A stretch of 53,238 nucleotides of DNA from Candidatus Nomurabacteria bacterium RIFCSPLOWO2_01_FULL_42_17 (GTDB lineage: Bacteria > Patescibacteriota > Minisyncoccia > Phycocordibacterales > UBA9973). The DNA is taken from positions 178,533 through 231,770 of the forward strand of contig MFVE01000005.1 in assembly GCA_001785985.1 (NCBI GenBank), read 5' to 3'. Positions 39,030 through 47,055 of this stretch are shown here, in pieces (within the stretch, counting starts at the first letter, position 1; every line of letters begins with the position of its first letter). The notes under the pieces are model-generated. The model was not told the DNA's origin. It searched no databases and saw only the letters and a program-made list of their open reading frames with translations. The position numbers and the translations under genes are program-made.

Positions 39030-40709
39030 CTAAGAAACTTCTTGCTGATAGCAAGTTTCGCAGTAAACTATCTCGGGGCGATCAGGGGAGTAGGAAGTTT
39101 CAAATTCATTTTCACACTTTTCTGCGCCATGAACATGGCTTTTCAGCCCACACATGCAAGAACGGTGCCAGAGTTTGCGGGGATTGCGTTTTGACATTCG
39201 GTCTTTATGTCGGCATTCAAAATCTTTGTGCGGCAAAGGCAAATTCATCCTTTTATAAAAATCCAATTCTCCTTTTGTGATACGGAAATTCTTTTTGCAA
39301 TCTTTGCAAACCAAAATTTCTTGCAAAATGCCATCCGTAACCGCTGTAATAGTTTGCGGTACGTCTTTTTCTTTAATTGTTTCTTTACCGTATGTGCCAG
39401 TGGTTTGTTCTTGCCAATTAAAGCTCTTTTCCTCGGCTTCTGTTTTAGTTAGGGGGTAATAATCCTGACCTAGGGTTTCATTAAAGCCGAAGGGCGCGAG
39501 TTTCGGCGGGAAAAATTGTCCATACGTGCCATCTTTCTTCATTTGTTCGTCTATTTGTTCTTTGATTTTATAATAATCTTCTTTACTGTATTCTTTATTT
39601 AGAATCATATATTGTCCCTTGCGTATGGCATTGCACCCGATGGCGCTGGTGAGGTTGTGGCAATTTTCCGAATACTCCACTTCGTTAGAATAAAAAATAA
39701 AAGCACCATTTTTACATTTACTGCTTTGGAGGACACCCATCATGTTGTAACAAAGCTCATTTTTGTAATAAAAATTATTACAATCCATGCTATCTATCAC
39801 TTCTTCCGCATCGGCTAAGTATGAACAATTTTTAGTGCCCGTAGAGTCAAAAACCCTTACGCCATCGTGACAATTGTGCATATAATCACCAGTGACATTG
39901 TGGCATTTTGTCGCTGATGCGTATTTCACCATTGTTTTGCTTTTTAAATCCGCGAATTCTTTCTTGGCTTGCTCGATAGTTTCATAACTAGAGAAAATTT
40001 CTGCTTTTTTCTTTTCGTATTCTTCTTGAGAATATTTTACATTCAATATTGCATTAGAAATATTTCTGCCATTTGTGCAAAAAATACAATTATTTGAATT
40101 GCGCATGTTATAGCAGAAGATTAGATCAGTGGATGATTGGCATTGTTCGCAGTACATGCATTTAAAGCACTCGCGTACATCTATGCATTCGTAACAGAGT
40201 TCGCAGATATGAACGAAAGCGCAATCAACGCTTCCTTTGCATTTTTGTATCAGTCGGCTGTACATACAATCTTCGTTGTATTCTCCGGCGAAAATTAAGT
40301 AACAATCTTTATTGTCCGATGTTCCGTTCGCATAGTCAGTTCTGACTGCATTTAGGTTCATTAGAGATAGTCTCGGCACTTTCTTTTGAAGTTCTCTGTA
40401 TTGTTCAAAAAAGTTTTTGTTTGGATCGAAATCTTGGGCGAAACTTTTCGGATCCCATTTATCGCTCCACCAGCATTCGTTGCAGTAAACAGTGTAAGGA
40501 GAATTGGCGGTGTATAAAGAAATCATATCCTTTTTGCAAAGATCACAGGATCTTTTATAAAAAGTTCGTTCATTTCTAAAAGCCAAACGCCTCATCGCGC
40601 GGCAATCAGGACAGTGGAGCGGGGGCACAGTTTTTACTTGTTCGTAAAAATTTACATCTTCGTCTCGTATCTCAAAATCTTTGTTACATGTTTGGCAAAC
40701 TTTTTGCAT
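39030..40709 (-). CDS. Cys-rich protein: N- and C-terminal zinc-ribbon modules flanking a Cys-ladder repeat core; unknown function
   Basis: 559 aa with no TM and more than 50 Cys. The terminal modules are similar (CQTCNKDFEIRDEDVNFYEQ...CPDCRAMRR.. and CKDCKKNFRITKGELDFYKR...ECRHKDR..). The core has ~20-aa periodic C-containing repeats. Confidence 0.55.
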   Translation of the reverse strand: MQKVCQTCNKDFEIRDEDVNFYEQVKTVPPLHCPDCRAMRRLAFRNERTFYKRSCDLCKKDMISLYTANSPYTVYCNECWWSDKWDPKSFAQDFDPNKNFFEQYRELQKKVPRLSLMNLNAVRTDYANGTSDNKDCYLIFAGEYNEDCMYSRLIQKCKGSVDCAFVHICELCYECIDVRECFKCMYCEQCQSSTDLIFCYNMRNSNNCIFCTNGRNISNAILNVKYSQEEYEKKKAEIFSSYETIEQAKKEFADLKSKTMVKYASATKCHNVTGDYMHNCHDGVRVFDSTGTKNCSYLADAEEVIDSMDCNNFYYKNELCYNMMGVLQSSKCKNGAFIFYSNEVEYSENCHNLTSAIGCNAIRKGQYMILNKEYSKEDYYKIKEQIDEQMKKDGTYGQFFPPKLAPFGFNETLGQDYYPLTKTEAEEKSFNWQEQTTGTYGKETIKEKDVPQTITAVTDGILQEILVCKDCKKNFRITKGELDFYKRMNLPLPHKDFECRHKDRMSKRNPRKLWHRSCMCGLKSHVHGAEKCENEFETSYSPDRPEIVYCETCYQQEVS

Positions 40710-40788
40710 AAATTTATTGTATTTAATTATAACATTTCTAAAAATTCAGCCCTATACGATTTTACTCATACAGGGCTGGAGTGAATTT

Positions 40789-41199
40789 TCATGACACCTG
40801 TTCTTTAAGCGCATTCTTGATCACTTGCTCCAAGTCTAATGTGGCGAGAATTAAAGGACTTACTCCAATAACACGCGCTATGATGAAAAACTTCTCGATA
40901 GGTATTGTTTTACCATCAAGATACTTACTCATTTGCGCTCGGTCTATTGAAATTATTTCGGCAAGATTTTTGATAGTTTCAATTCCTCGGACTAGCATAA
41001 GAATTTTTATATTTTGTATAATAATTCTTCTGCTTTTTTCTTCAGTAAGCCTCTTTTCTAGATCAGGTATTTTTTGCTCAAAGAGCTTGTTTGCTCGTTC
41101 ACTGAACATGAGTTCAAATAACGCTTCGTCACTAATTTGGGTTGTGTCCATGATTTCTGGTCTTTCTTTTGTTGAGTGTGCAGATTCATTGAGCAACAT
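40789..41199 (-). CDS. XRE-like helix-turn-helix protein
   Basis: 136 aa at maximum length. Contains the HTH IKNLAEIISIDRAQMSKYLDGKTIPIEKFFIIARVIGVSP. The start is ambiguous (Met1 41199, Met17 41151 or Met31 41109). The overlapping plus-strand 182-aa ORF is low-complexity and rejected. Confidence 0.6.
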   Translation of the reverse strand: MLLNESAHSTKERPEIMDTTQISDEALFELMFSERANKLFEQKIPDLEKRLTEEKSRRIIIQNIKILMLVRGIETIKNLAEIISIDRAQMSKYLDGKTIPIEKFFIIARVIGVSPLILATLDLEQVIKNALKEQVS

Positions 41200-41303
41200 A
41201 ACATTATTAGAGATATTGTCAATTAATATCGTCAGTAAAATATATTATATATCTATATTTATCAATATATCTAGCGTTATCAACATATTTTTGTGGAAAA
41301 AGA

Positions 41304-41332
41304 TTGACACAGAATATATTATGGACTAAAAT
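41304..41332 (+). promoter_or_regulatory. consensus-like promoter TTGACA-17-TAAAAT ending 6 nt before the ATG
   Basis: -35 at 41304-41309, -10 at 41327-41332, ATG at 41339. Confidence 0.55.
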
Positions 41333-41338
41333 AGATGT

Positions 41339-42121
41339 ATGAAAGACGCAAATGCAGAACTTAAATTAAATCTCCAATCTTTTGGATTTAGCGAAAAAGA
41401 AGCGGTTGTGTATGTCGCTCTTTTAGAATTAGGGAAGGGGACGGTTAGGCAAATCAGTAGTAAGGCCGGCATAAACAGAACAACGAGCTATGACATTCTT
41501 GGTTCACTCTCGAATAAAGGATTAGTTTCTGTTTCTGGGAAGGAACCAAAATCTGAATATGTAGTGGAAGCGCCGGAAGCCATCACAGCATATTTGAAAA
41601 GATTGGCCGAGCAAACGGCAGAGCATATAAAAAAATCCGAAGCAATTATTCCGGAACTAGAGCTTCTACACGCAAAACAAAACCGTCCGAAGATTAGATT
41701 TTATGAAGGCAAAGAAGGCCTCGAACATGTATATGAAGACACCCTCACGAGTTCTGAGCCGATTCGTGCCTATGCGACGATAGATGACATGCACAATGCA
41801 CTACCGAATTATTTTCCGGAATATTACAAGCGCCGAGCGGCGAAAAATATCTCAATCAGGGCGATAGTTCCAGAAACATCGATGGGCCGGGAGCGTAGGA
41901 CGCATGACGAAGCAGAAAAAAGGCAGATCGCATTTGTCCCGCCCGATAAATATTATTTTTCTCCAGAAATAAATATTTATGACAACAAGGTAATGATAGC
42001 TTCTTGGCGTGAGAAACTTGGAATTATTATAGAGTCTCATGAAATTGCTGATGCAATGAAAAAAATATATGAACTCGCTTGGGCAGAGGCAAAAAGATTA
42101 GATAAAGAATCTACTGAATAA
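41339..42121 (+). CDS. TrmB-family transcriptional regulator
   Basis: 260 aa. N-terminal winged helix FGFSEKEAVVYVALLELGKGTVRQISSKAGINRTTSYDILGSLSNKGLV. Confidence 0.8.
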   Translation: MKDANAELKLNLQSFGFSEKEAVVYVALLELGKGTVRQISSKAGINRTTSYDILGSLSNKGLVSVSGKEPKSEYVVEAPEAITAYLKRLAEQTAEHIKKSEAIIPELELLHAKQNRPKIRFYEGKEGLEHVYEDTLTSSEPIRAYATIDDMHNALPNYFPEYYKRRAAKNISIRAIVPETSMGRERRTHDEAEKRQIAFVPPDKYYFSPEINIYDNKVMIASWREKLGIIIESHEIADAMKKIYELAWAEAKRLDKESTE

Positions 42122-42139
42122 TCTTACCTAGGAAACTAT

Positions 42140-42159
42140 ATCTACGCTATAGCGTAGAT
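42140..42159. terminator. 8-bp hairpin between convergent genes
   Basis: ATCTACGC-tata-GCGTAGAT. No strong U-tract. Confidence 0.35.
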
Positions 42160-42201
42160 TAGGAATTTAGCAATAAGTAGCGGTCGCGTACTAATGCTAA
42201 A

Positions 42202-42828
42202 TTAATTTTTTTCTGCTTTGGTTAAAAACTTTTCAAAAAATCGAGTGCCGTAAGAGGAGAGATTGAAAATTACAGCAAACGTAAATAAAGTCAGTGAAAG
42301 TTTTATGCTGACAAAACAGAGCGGGATGGCTATCAGCGCGAATATGACGGGGACAAGAGTGCGAATAGTGCTACCACGGATTTCATGTTGACTTATTTCT
42401 GGATTTTTTATATGTGGCGAGAACAATACATATCTGCGCATCCAGTATAGGCAGAGGCCTATCAGGATGATATGGATACCGAAGATTATGACTGATAGTT
42501 CGTTTTTGCTAAATTGCCCAAGGATGCTGGCGGAGAAGGGGACTAAACTTATAAGCATGAAAAATAGAGCATTGATATTGATGAGCATAGAATCTACATT
42601 TTTAGCGTAAATAGAAACAAAAAAATGATGCGCTCGCCAATAGGTGAAGAGTAAGGCAAAAGACAAAATATAGGTCAAAAATACTGGGAGCAATTTTATA
42701 ATTTCCCGCCAGAGACTCTGATTATCTATCGGACCCCAAATTGCCGGTATGTGAATTTGAAAGACGAGAATCGTCATTACGATGGCAAAAATTCCGTCTG
42801 AAAGCTGGTCTAGTCTTGCGTGGTTCAT
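42202..42828 (-). CDS. TMEM175-like (DUF1211) potassium channel family protein
   Basis: RLDQLSDGIFAIVMTILVFQI signature, 6 TM. ATG 42828 is preferred because TGaTATAAT (hexamer 42836-42841) lies 7 nt upstream. Confidence 0.75.
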   Translation of the reverse strand: MNHARLDQLSDGIFAIVMTILVFQIHIPAIWGPIDNQSLWREIIKLLPVFLTYILSFALLFTYWRAHHFFVSIYAKNVDSMLININALFFMLISLVPFSASILGQFSKNELSVIIFGIHIILIGLCLYWMRRYVLFSPHIKNPEISQHEIRGSTIRTLVPVIFALIAIPLCFVSIKLSLTLFTFAVIFNLSSYGTRFFEKFLTKAEKN

Positions 42829-42971
42829 GTGGAAAATTATATCACAAAACTTTTTTCTGGGCATACTTTTGCTGATAGCAAGTTTTCCGTCCAAGGCGAG
42901 CTAGCCTCGGGCTGGCGCAGTTACTAGATGGCAACTTTTAATTTTTTAAAAAATATTGTAAGATTATAAGT

Positions 42972-43520
42972 ATGAAAGAAGATCCTTTACTGAATGAAGA
43001 AAAACCGGAAATTTACTTGAGGCTCGAGCATTATAGCGATATCTTTTCGGACTTCGATATCCGGCCATATAGCGAGCGAGCGCTTTCGATTGATTTTATT
43101 GACGAGATCAAAAGGGCGGCGAGCGATAAAGACGGCGGGGGCATAGAGCTGATGCTCCACATCCCAGAAAAACAGAGAGATGAAGCTGAAGAGGAAATCA
43201 TCAAAGAGCGTCTGGTGGCGCATTTCAAGAGGCATTATCATCTGCTCGCAAAAGAAAAACAGCGCGTCATGAAGCTCGGCAGAAGCATGGTGATCATGGG
43301 CATCGTTTTTATGGTGATTGCGACATTTGTCGTATTCAAAGATCCTTCCGAGAGTCTGTTCTTGTCATTTTTGGTTGTCTTTCTCGAACCGGCGGCTTGG
43401 TTCCTACTATGGGAAGGTATGGACCAAATTATATTCAATTCGAAAAATATGAATCCTGATCTGAATTTCTATCGCAAGATGTCTGATACTCACAAACACA
43501 TCTATTTCAAATCTTATTAG
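42972..43520 (+). CDS. membrane protein, unknown function (soluble N-terminal domain + 2 TM)
   Basis: 182 aa with no recognised motif. Confidence 0.5.
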   Translation: MKEDPLLNEEKPEIYLRLEHYSDIFSDFDIRPYSERALSIDFIDEIKRAASDKDGGGIELMLHIPEKQRDEAEEEIIKERLVAHFKRHYHLLAKEKQRVMKLGRSMVIMGIVFMVIATFVVFKDPSESLFLSFLVVFLEPAAWFLLWEGMDQIIFNSKNMNPDLNFYRKMSDTHKHIYFKSY

Positions 43521-44320
43521 ATTTCTATTGAAATAGGGCAGTGGTCCGAGCCTAAAATTTCTGGCAGAATCTTTGAGCTTTTTACTTTTTTCGCTAGTTT
43601 GGCGCTGACAAAAATATAATCAATCCTCCAGCCGACATTTCGCGCTCGGGCGTTGGCGAAGTGGCTCCACCAAGTGTAGTGTCCATTGCCTTTTGTAAAT
43701 ATTCGAAAGGTGTCCACAAAGCCAGCATTAATTATTTTTTGCATTCCTTCGCGTTCTTCGGCTGTGAAACCTTTTAATCCTTCGTTTTCTTTTGGTCGAG
43801 CGAGGTCGTCCGGTGTGTGCGCGACATTCAAGTCTCCGCAGAAGATCACGGACTTGCCCCGCTCTTCTAGATTTTTTATATATGCTAAAAATGCCGGATC
43901 CCACTGTTTATGACGAAGGGGAATACGAGAAAGGTCGTCCTTGGCATTTGGTGTGTAGACGGTAACTACATAAAAATCCTTGAATTCGAGAGCAATCACA
44001 CGGCCTTCTGTTTGCGGATCGCCATAGGCGTCCGCTTTTAGACCAAACTTCTTCGCAATTTCTGGAGGAAAACCATTTGCAACAGAAAGTGGTTTTCCAA
44101 GGGACTTCTGCGCAAAAATTGCTGTGCCAGAATATCCCTTTTTGACAGCCGAATTCCAATATTCTTCGTATTCGGGCAGATCCACTTCGCTTTGATCTTG
44201 CTGTGCTTTCGTTTCCTGTAAACACAAAATATCCGGCTGGTATTTTTCTACAAAAGGCACAAAAAGTCCCTTTTTATGCACCGCCCGTATTCCGTTTACG
44301 TTCCAACTGGCAATTCTCAT
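43517..44320 (-). CDS. xth: exodeoxyribonuclease III
   Basis: 267 aa. MRIASWNVNGIRA, LCLQETK and SDHCPISIEI. Confidence 0.93.
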   Translation of the reverse strand: MRIASWNVNGIRAVHKKGLFVPFVEKYQPDILCLQETKAQQDQSEVDLPEYEEYWNSAVKKGYSGTAIFAQKSLGKPLSVANGFPPEIAKKFGLKADAYGDPQTEGRVIALEFKDFYVVTVYTPNAKDDLSRIPLRHKQWDPAFLAYIKNLEERGKSVIFCGDLNVAHTPDDLARPKENEGLKGFTAEEREGMQKIINAGFVDTFRIFTKGNGHYTWWSHFANARARNVGWRIDYIFVSAKLAKKVKSSKILPEILGSDHCPISIEI

Positions 44321-44324
44321 ATTA

Positions 44325-45341
44325 TTACCCCTTATTATGAAACTTCTTATGTATATCCCGCAAGTGTTTGTCTGTCACATGCGTATAAATCTGGGTGGTG
44401 CCGATATTGGCATGGCCGAGCATGGCTTGTACTGAGCGTATGTCCGCGCCGTTGCTGAGAAGGTCAGTTGCGAACATGTGGCGCAACACATGAGGAGTGA
44501 CTTTCTTTGCGATACCGGCTTTGATGGCATAGTGTTTCACTATCCTTTCCACTGAATGCCTGTCTAAGTTGTCGTATTCTTTGCCTTTGTATTTTTTCTT
44601 CCCCTCTTGAGGGGTGGCACTTGTGCCGGGGTGGATATTTTTTCCACCTCCCCGCTTATGGCGGTACTCCTCAAGAGGAGAATTATCAAGACGAATGAAA
44701 AGCCCATCACCCATATCTTTGCGCGCATCCAGATATTTTTCGAGGGCTTCTTGAGCTTTTTTGGAAATGAAGACGACGCGCACCTTGCCGCCCTTGCCTC
44801 GCACTGACAATTCTTCTGAATGAGGGTTTATGTCTCTCGGCAGGGAACACAGCTCTGCCACGCGCAGGCCGGTAGAAAAAAGAAATTCTAAAATTGCTTT
44901 ATCTCGCAGACTTTTTATGTCGTTGCCACTGGGCATATCGAGCAGGCGAGTGAGCTCGGCCGGAGTTATGAGGTCGATGGATCGCTCGGGGATTTTGGCG
45001 AGCTCGATGCGGTCGCTCGGCAGGGATTTTATTTCTCTTTTTACCAGATATTTTAAAAATACGCGCAGAGCTATCAAATGAAAGTTTTGCGTCTTCTTTG
45101 ATAAAGTTTCTGGATGATTTAAAGTTTTACCTGTCCGAGCCCGCGTGGGATGTCTGTTCAACCAGAGGCGAAATTCCCGCAGCACATCGTCTGTGATGTC
45201 GCTCGCGGTTTTTACTTTCGTATGATCGAAAAATCGGGTGAGGTAATGCTGGTAATTCTCGATCGTACGAGCAGAAGAACCTTTCTCGATTTCCAGATAC
45301 TCGAAAAATTCTCGCTGCAGCTTGTCTATTTCCGTAGCCAT
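44325..45341 (-). CDS. tyrosine recombinase, XerC/XerD family
   Basis: 338 aa. N-terminal SAM-like domain, catalytic R...HVLRHMFAT...LGHANIGTTQIYTHV. Carries an in-frame repeat-element insertion. Confidence 0.88.
   Translation of the reverse strand: MATEIDKLQREFFEYLEIEKGSSARTIENYQHYLTRFFDHTKVKTASDITDDVLREFRLWLNRHPTRARTGKTLNHPETLSKKTQNFHLIALRVFLKYLVKREIKSLPSDRIELAKIPERSIDLITPAELTRLLDMPSGNDIKSLRDKAILEFLFSTGLRVAELCSLPRDINPHSEELSVRGKGGKVRVVFISKKAQEALEKYLDARKDMGDGLFIRLDNSPLEEYRHKRGGGKNIHPGTSATPQEGKKKYKGKEYDNLDRHSVERIVKHYAIKAGIAKKVTPHVLRHMFATDLLSNGADIRSVQAMLGHANIGTTQIYTHVTDKHLRDIHKKFHNKG
44599..44684 (-). mobile_element. 86-nt palindromic MITE/RPE-like element, copy 2 (in frame inside the xer gene)
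   Basis: Homologous to 19823-19914 with the same orientation and the same terminal inverted repeat. Encodes NSPLEEYRHKRGGGKNIHPGTSATPQEG versus NSPLEEYPSGGGGQTYPPHSDFGRSTPQEG in copy 1. Confidence 0.7.
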
Positions 45342-45383
45342 ACCCTAATTTTAGCACAAAATATTGTGGAACTCTGTACCCAA

Positions 45384-45406
45384 CCTCCCCCTTAACAAGG
45401 GGGAGG
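45384..45406. repeat. perfect 10-bp polypyrimidine/polypurine hairpin
   Basis: CCTCCCCCTT-aac-AAGGGGGAGG in the xer/rpsO divergent spacer. Same CCYCTC/GAGRGG style as the in-frame elements. Confidence 0.7.
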
Positions 45407-45423
45407 AGAAGGAGGGGGTGAAT

Positions 45424-45452
45424 TTGCAATTTTAGCCGTTTCATGTTAGTAT
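45424..45452 (+). promoter_or_regulatory. rpsO promoter TTGCAA-17-TAGTAT ending 7 nt before the ATG
   Basis: -35 at 45424-45429, -10 at 45447-45452, ATG at 45460. Confidence 0.5.
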
Positions 45453-45459
45453 TGGACTT

Positions 45460-45723
45460 ATGTTAGCAACCAAGAAAAAGCAGACAATTATAAAGAAAAG
45501 TCAGATTCATGACAAAGATACAGGCTCTCCAGAGGTGCAGGTAGCTGTGATTTCGGCGGCGATTGACGAACTCGCAAAGCATTTAAAGAAGCACAAAAAG
45601 GATAATCATTCTCGCCGAGGGCTGATCAAGATGGTGGCCGACAGACGCACTCATTTGAAATATTTAGAGCGCACAAACAAAGCTCGCTACAATGCTCTCT
45701 TGAAAAAAATAGAACTTGTTTAG
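45460..45723 (+). CDS. rpsO: 30S ribosomal protein S15
   Basis: 87 aa. DTGSPEVQVA and HLKKHKKDNHSRRGL. Confidence 0.95.
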   Translation: MLATKKKQTIIKKSQIHDKDTGSPEVQVAVISAAIDELAKHLKKHKKDNHSRRGLIKMVADRRTHLKYLERTNKARYNALLKKIELV

Positions 45724-45752
45724 TTTTTCTATTTTTCTGCTACAATTAAAAC

Positions 45753-46265
45753 ATGACAGTCATAAAACATAAAGAACAAAGAGTTGGAGTTTTTATCGAT
45801 ACTCAAAATTTATATCACAGCGCTCGCAATCTATATAAAGCGCGGGTGAATTTCGGCGCGGTTTTGAAAGACGCGGTGGCCGGCAGGAAGCTCGTGCGGG
45901 CGGTGGCCTATGTCATCACCACCGAGGCAGGGGATGAGAAGAACTTTTTTGAAGCGCTGACCAAGCTCGGCATCGAAACTAAAACAAAAGATCTGCAAAT
46001 ATTTTCCGGTGGAACAAAAAAAGCAGACTGGGATGTGGGTATAGCTGTTGATGCCATTACAATGGCTCCTAAACTAGATACAGTAATTCTTATTTCTGGT
46101 GATGGAGACTTTATTCCTTTAGTAGAATATCTAAGAGTACACTCTGGTATTCAAGTAGAAGTTGTCTCTTTTGGTAAATCAACTTCCGGTAAACTTCGTG
46201 AATCAGCTGCCGACTTTGTAGATCTCTCCGAAAATCCGCGAAAATATTTGATCGGGGTGAAGTAG
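45753..46265 (+). CDS. NYN-domain (LabA-like) protein
   Basis: 170 aa. VGVFIDTQNLYHS...DWDVGIAVDA...ILISGDGDFIPLV. Confidence 0.8.
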   Translation: MTVIKHKEQRVGVFIDTQNLYHSARNLYKARVNFGAVLKDAVAGRKLVRAVAYVITTEAGDEKNFFEALTKLGIETKTKDLQIFSGGTKKADWDVGIAVDAITMAPKLDTVILISGDGDFIPLVEYLRVHSGIQVEVVSFGKSTSGKLRESAADFVDLSENPRKYLIGVK

Positions 46266-46308
46266 ATTTGCACTATATACGCTTGTTGTTATACTTCATA
46301 AGGTTGTA

Positions 46309-46337
46309 TTGACATTGTCATTACATTAGAATACACT
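46309..46337 (+). promoter_or_regulatory. promoter TTGACA-17-TACACT ending 6 nt before the antitoxin ATG
   Basis: -35 at 46309-46314, -10 at 46332-46337, ATG at 46344. Confidence 0.5.
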
Positions 46338-46343
46338 AAGTAT

Positions 46344-46625
46344 ATGAACACAACAATACAAATTAGAATAGATTCGGCAACAAAGGCACGAGCTCAAAAA
46401 ACATTTAAGAGCCGGGGGTTAGACTTGTCTTCAGGGATTAAATTTCTATTGGCTAGAGAGATGAATCCTAAAAATCTTACTTATATTTGTGATTTTGGAT
46501 ATTTGCATAAATATACACCAGAGATGCTTAAAAAATATGAAAAAGAAGCTGAGTGGGCTCTGAAGCATGGCAAAAGATATTCTTCTACAAAAGAAATGTT
46601 TGATGATCTTGAAGCTGGCAAATAG
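46344..46625 (+). CDS. RelB/DinJ-family antitoxin
   Basis: 93 aa. N-terminal ribbon-helix-helix (IQIRIDSATKARAQKTFKSRGLDLSSGIKFLL). 3-nt gap to the toxin gene. Confidence 0.75.
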   Translation: MNTTIQIRIDSATKARAQKTFKSRGLDLSSGIKFLLAREMNPKNLTYICDFGYLHKYTPEMLKKYEKEAEWALKHGKRYSSTKEMFDDLEAGK

Positions 46626-46628
46626 ATT

Positions 46629-46904
46629 ATGTATCACAAGCATTACACAAAAAGATTTCAAAAATCTTTTAAGAAAGTAATTCGCTCTGGAAAAATAAAA
46701 AGAGAAGAAGTTGAATTTGTCATAAACATTTTAGCTTCCGGAGATAAGCTTGCTCCAAACTATCAAGATCATCCTTTACATGGACGCTTTGATGGTTTCC
46801 GTGAGTGTCACGTAAAGGGCGACCTTCTTTTAATGTATTATATAAAAAATCAGGAACTTGTTTTGGTGTTATTCGATATAGGCACTCACTCAGAACTTTT
46901 CTAA
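46629..46904 (+). CDS. YafQ/RelE-family mRNA interferase toxin
   Basis: 91 aa. ...YQDHPLHGRFDGFRECHVKGDLLLMY...DIGTHSELF. Confidence 0.8.
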   Translation: MYHKHYTKRFQKSFKKVIRSGKIKREEVEFVINILASGDKLAPNYQDHPLHGRFDGFRECHVKGDLLLMYYIKNQELVLVLFDIGTHSELF

Positions 46905-47055
46905 ATTTAGCGAATAATACTAATTTCTTGCATTTTCTCCCCGAAATGCTAGGCTGGATATAGCTTTTAATAGTTAATCAGGTTCGCGTCTAGACACAAA
47001 GTAGTGCTTCCGCTATGAAGCAACACTGTAGTCTGGATACGAATCTTAATACAGA

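Noticed and set aside
40781-41329. 182-aa plus-strand ORF
   Set aside because: It is low-complexity and Ser/Ile/Phe-rich, and overlaps the entire minus-strand HTH gene, which has a clear XRE-type helix-turn-helix. It would also run through the trmB-like promoter.
43517-45341. Xer-family recombinase as marker of an integrated mobile element or prophage
   Set aside because: It is co-transcribed with xth (4-nt spacer) among housekeeping genes. No phage, conjugation or att-like direct repeats flank it. It is most simply the chromosomal dimer-resolution recombinase.
46344-46904. relB/yafQ pair as part of a larger defence island
   Set aside because: The neighbours are rpsO, an NYN protein and pnp. 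No other defence-type genes are adjacent. It is treated as an ordinary stand-alone type II toxin-antitoxin module.
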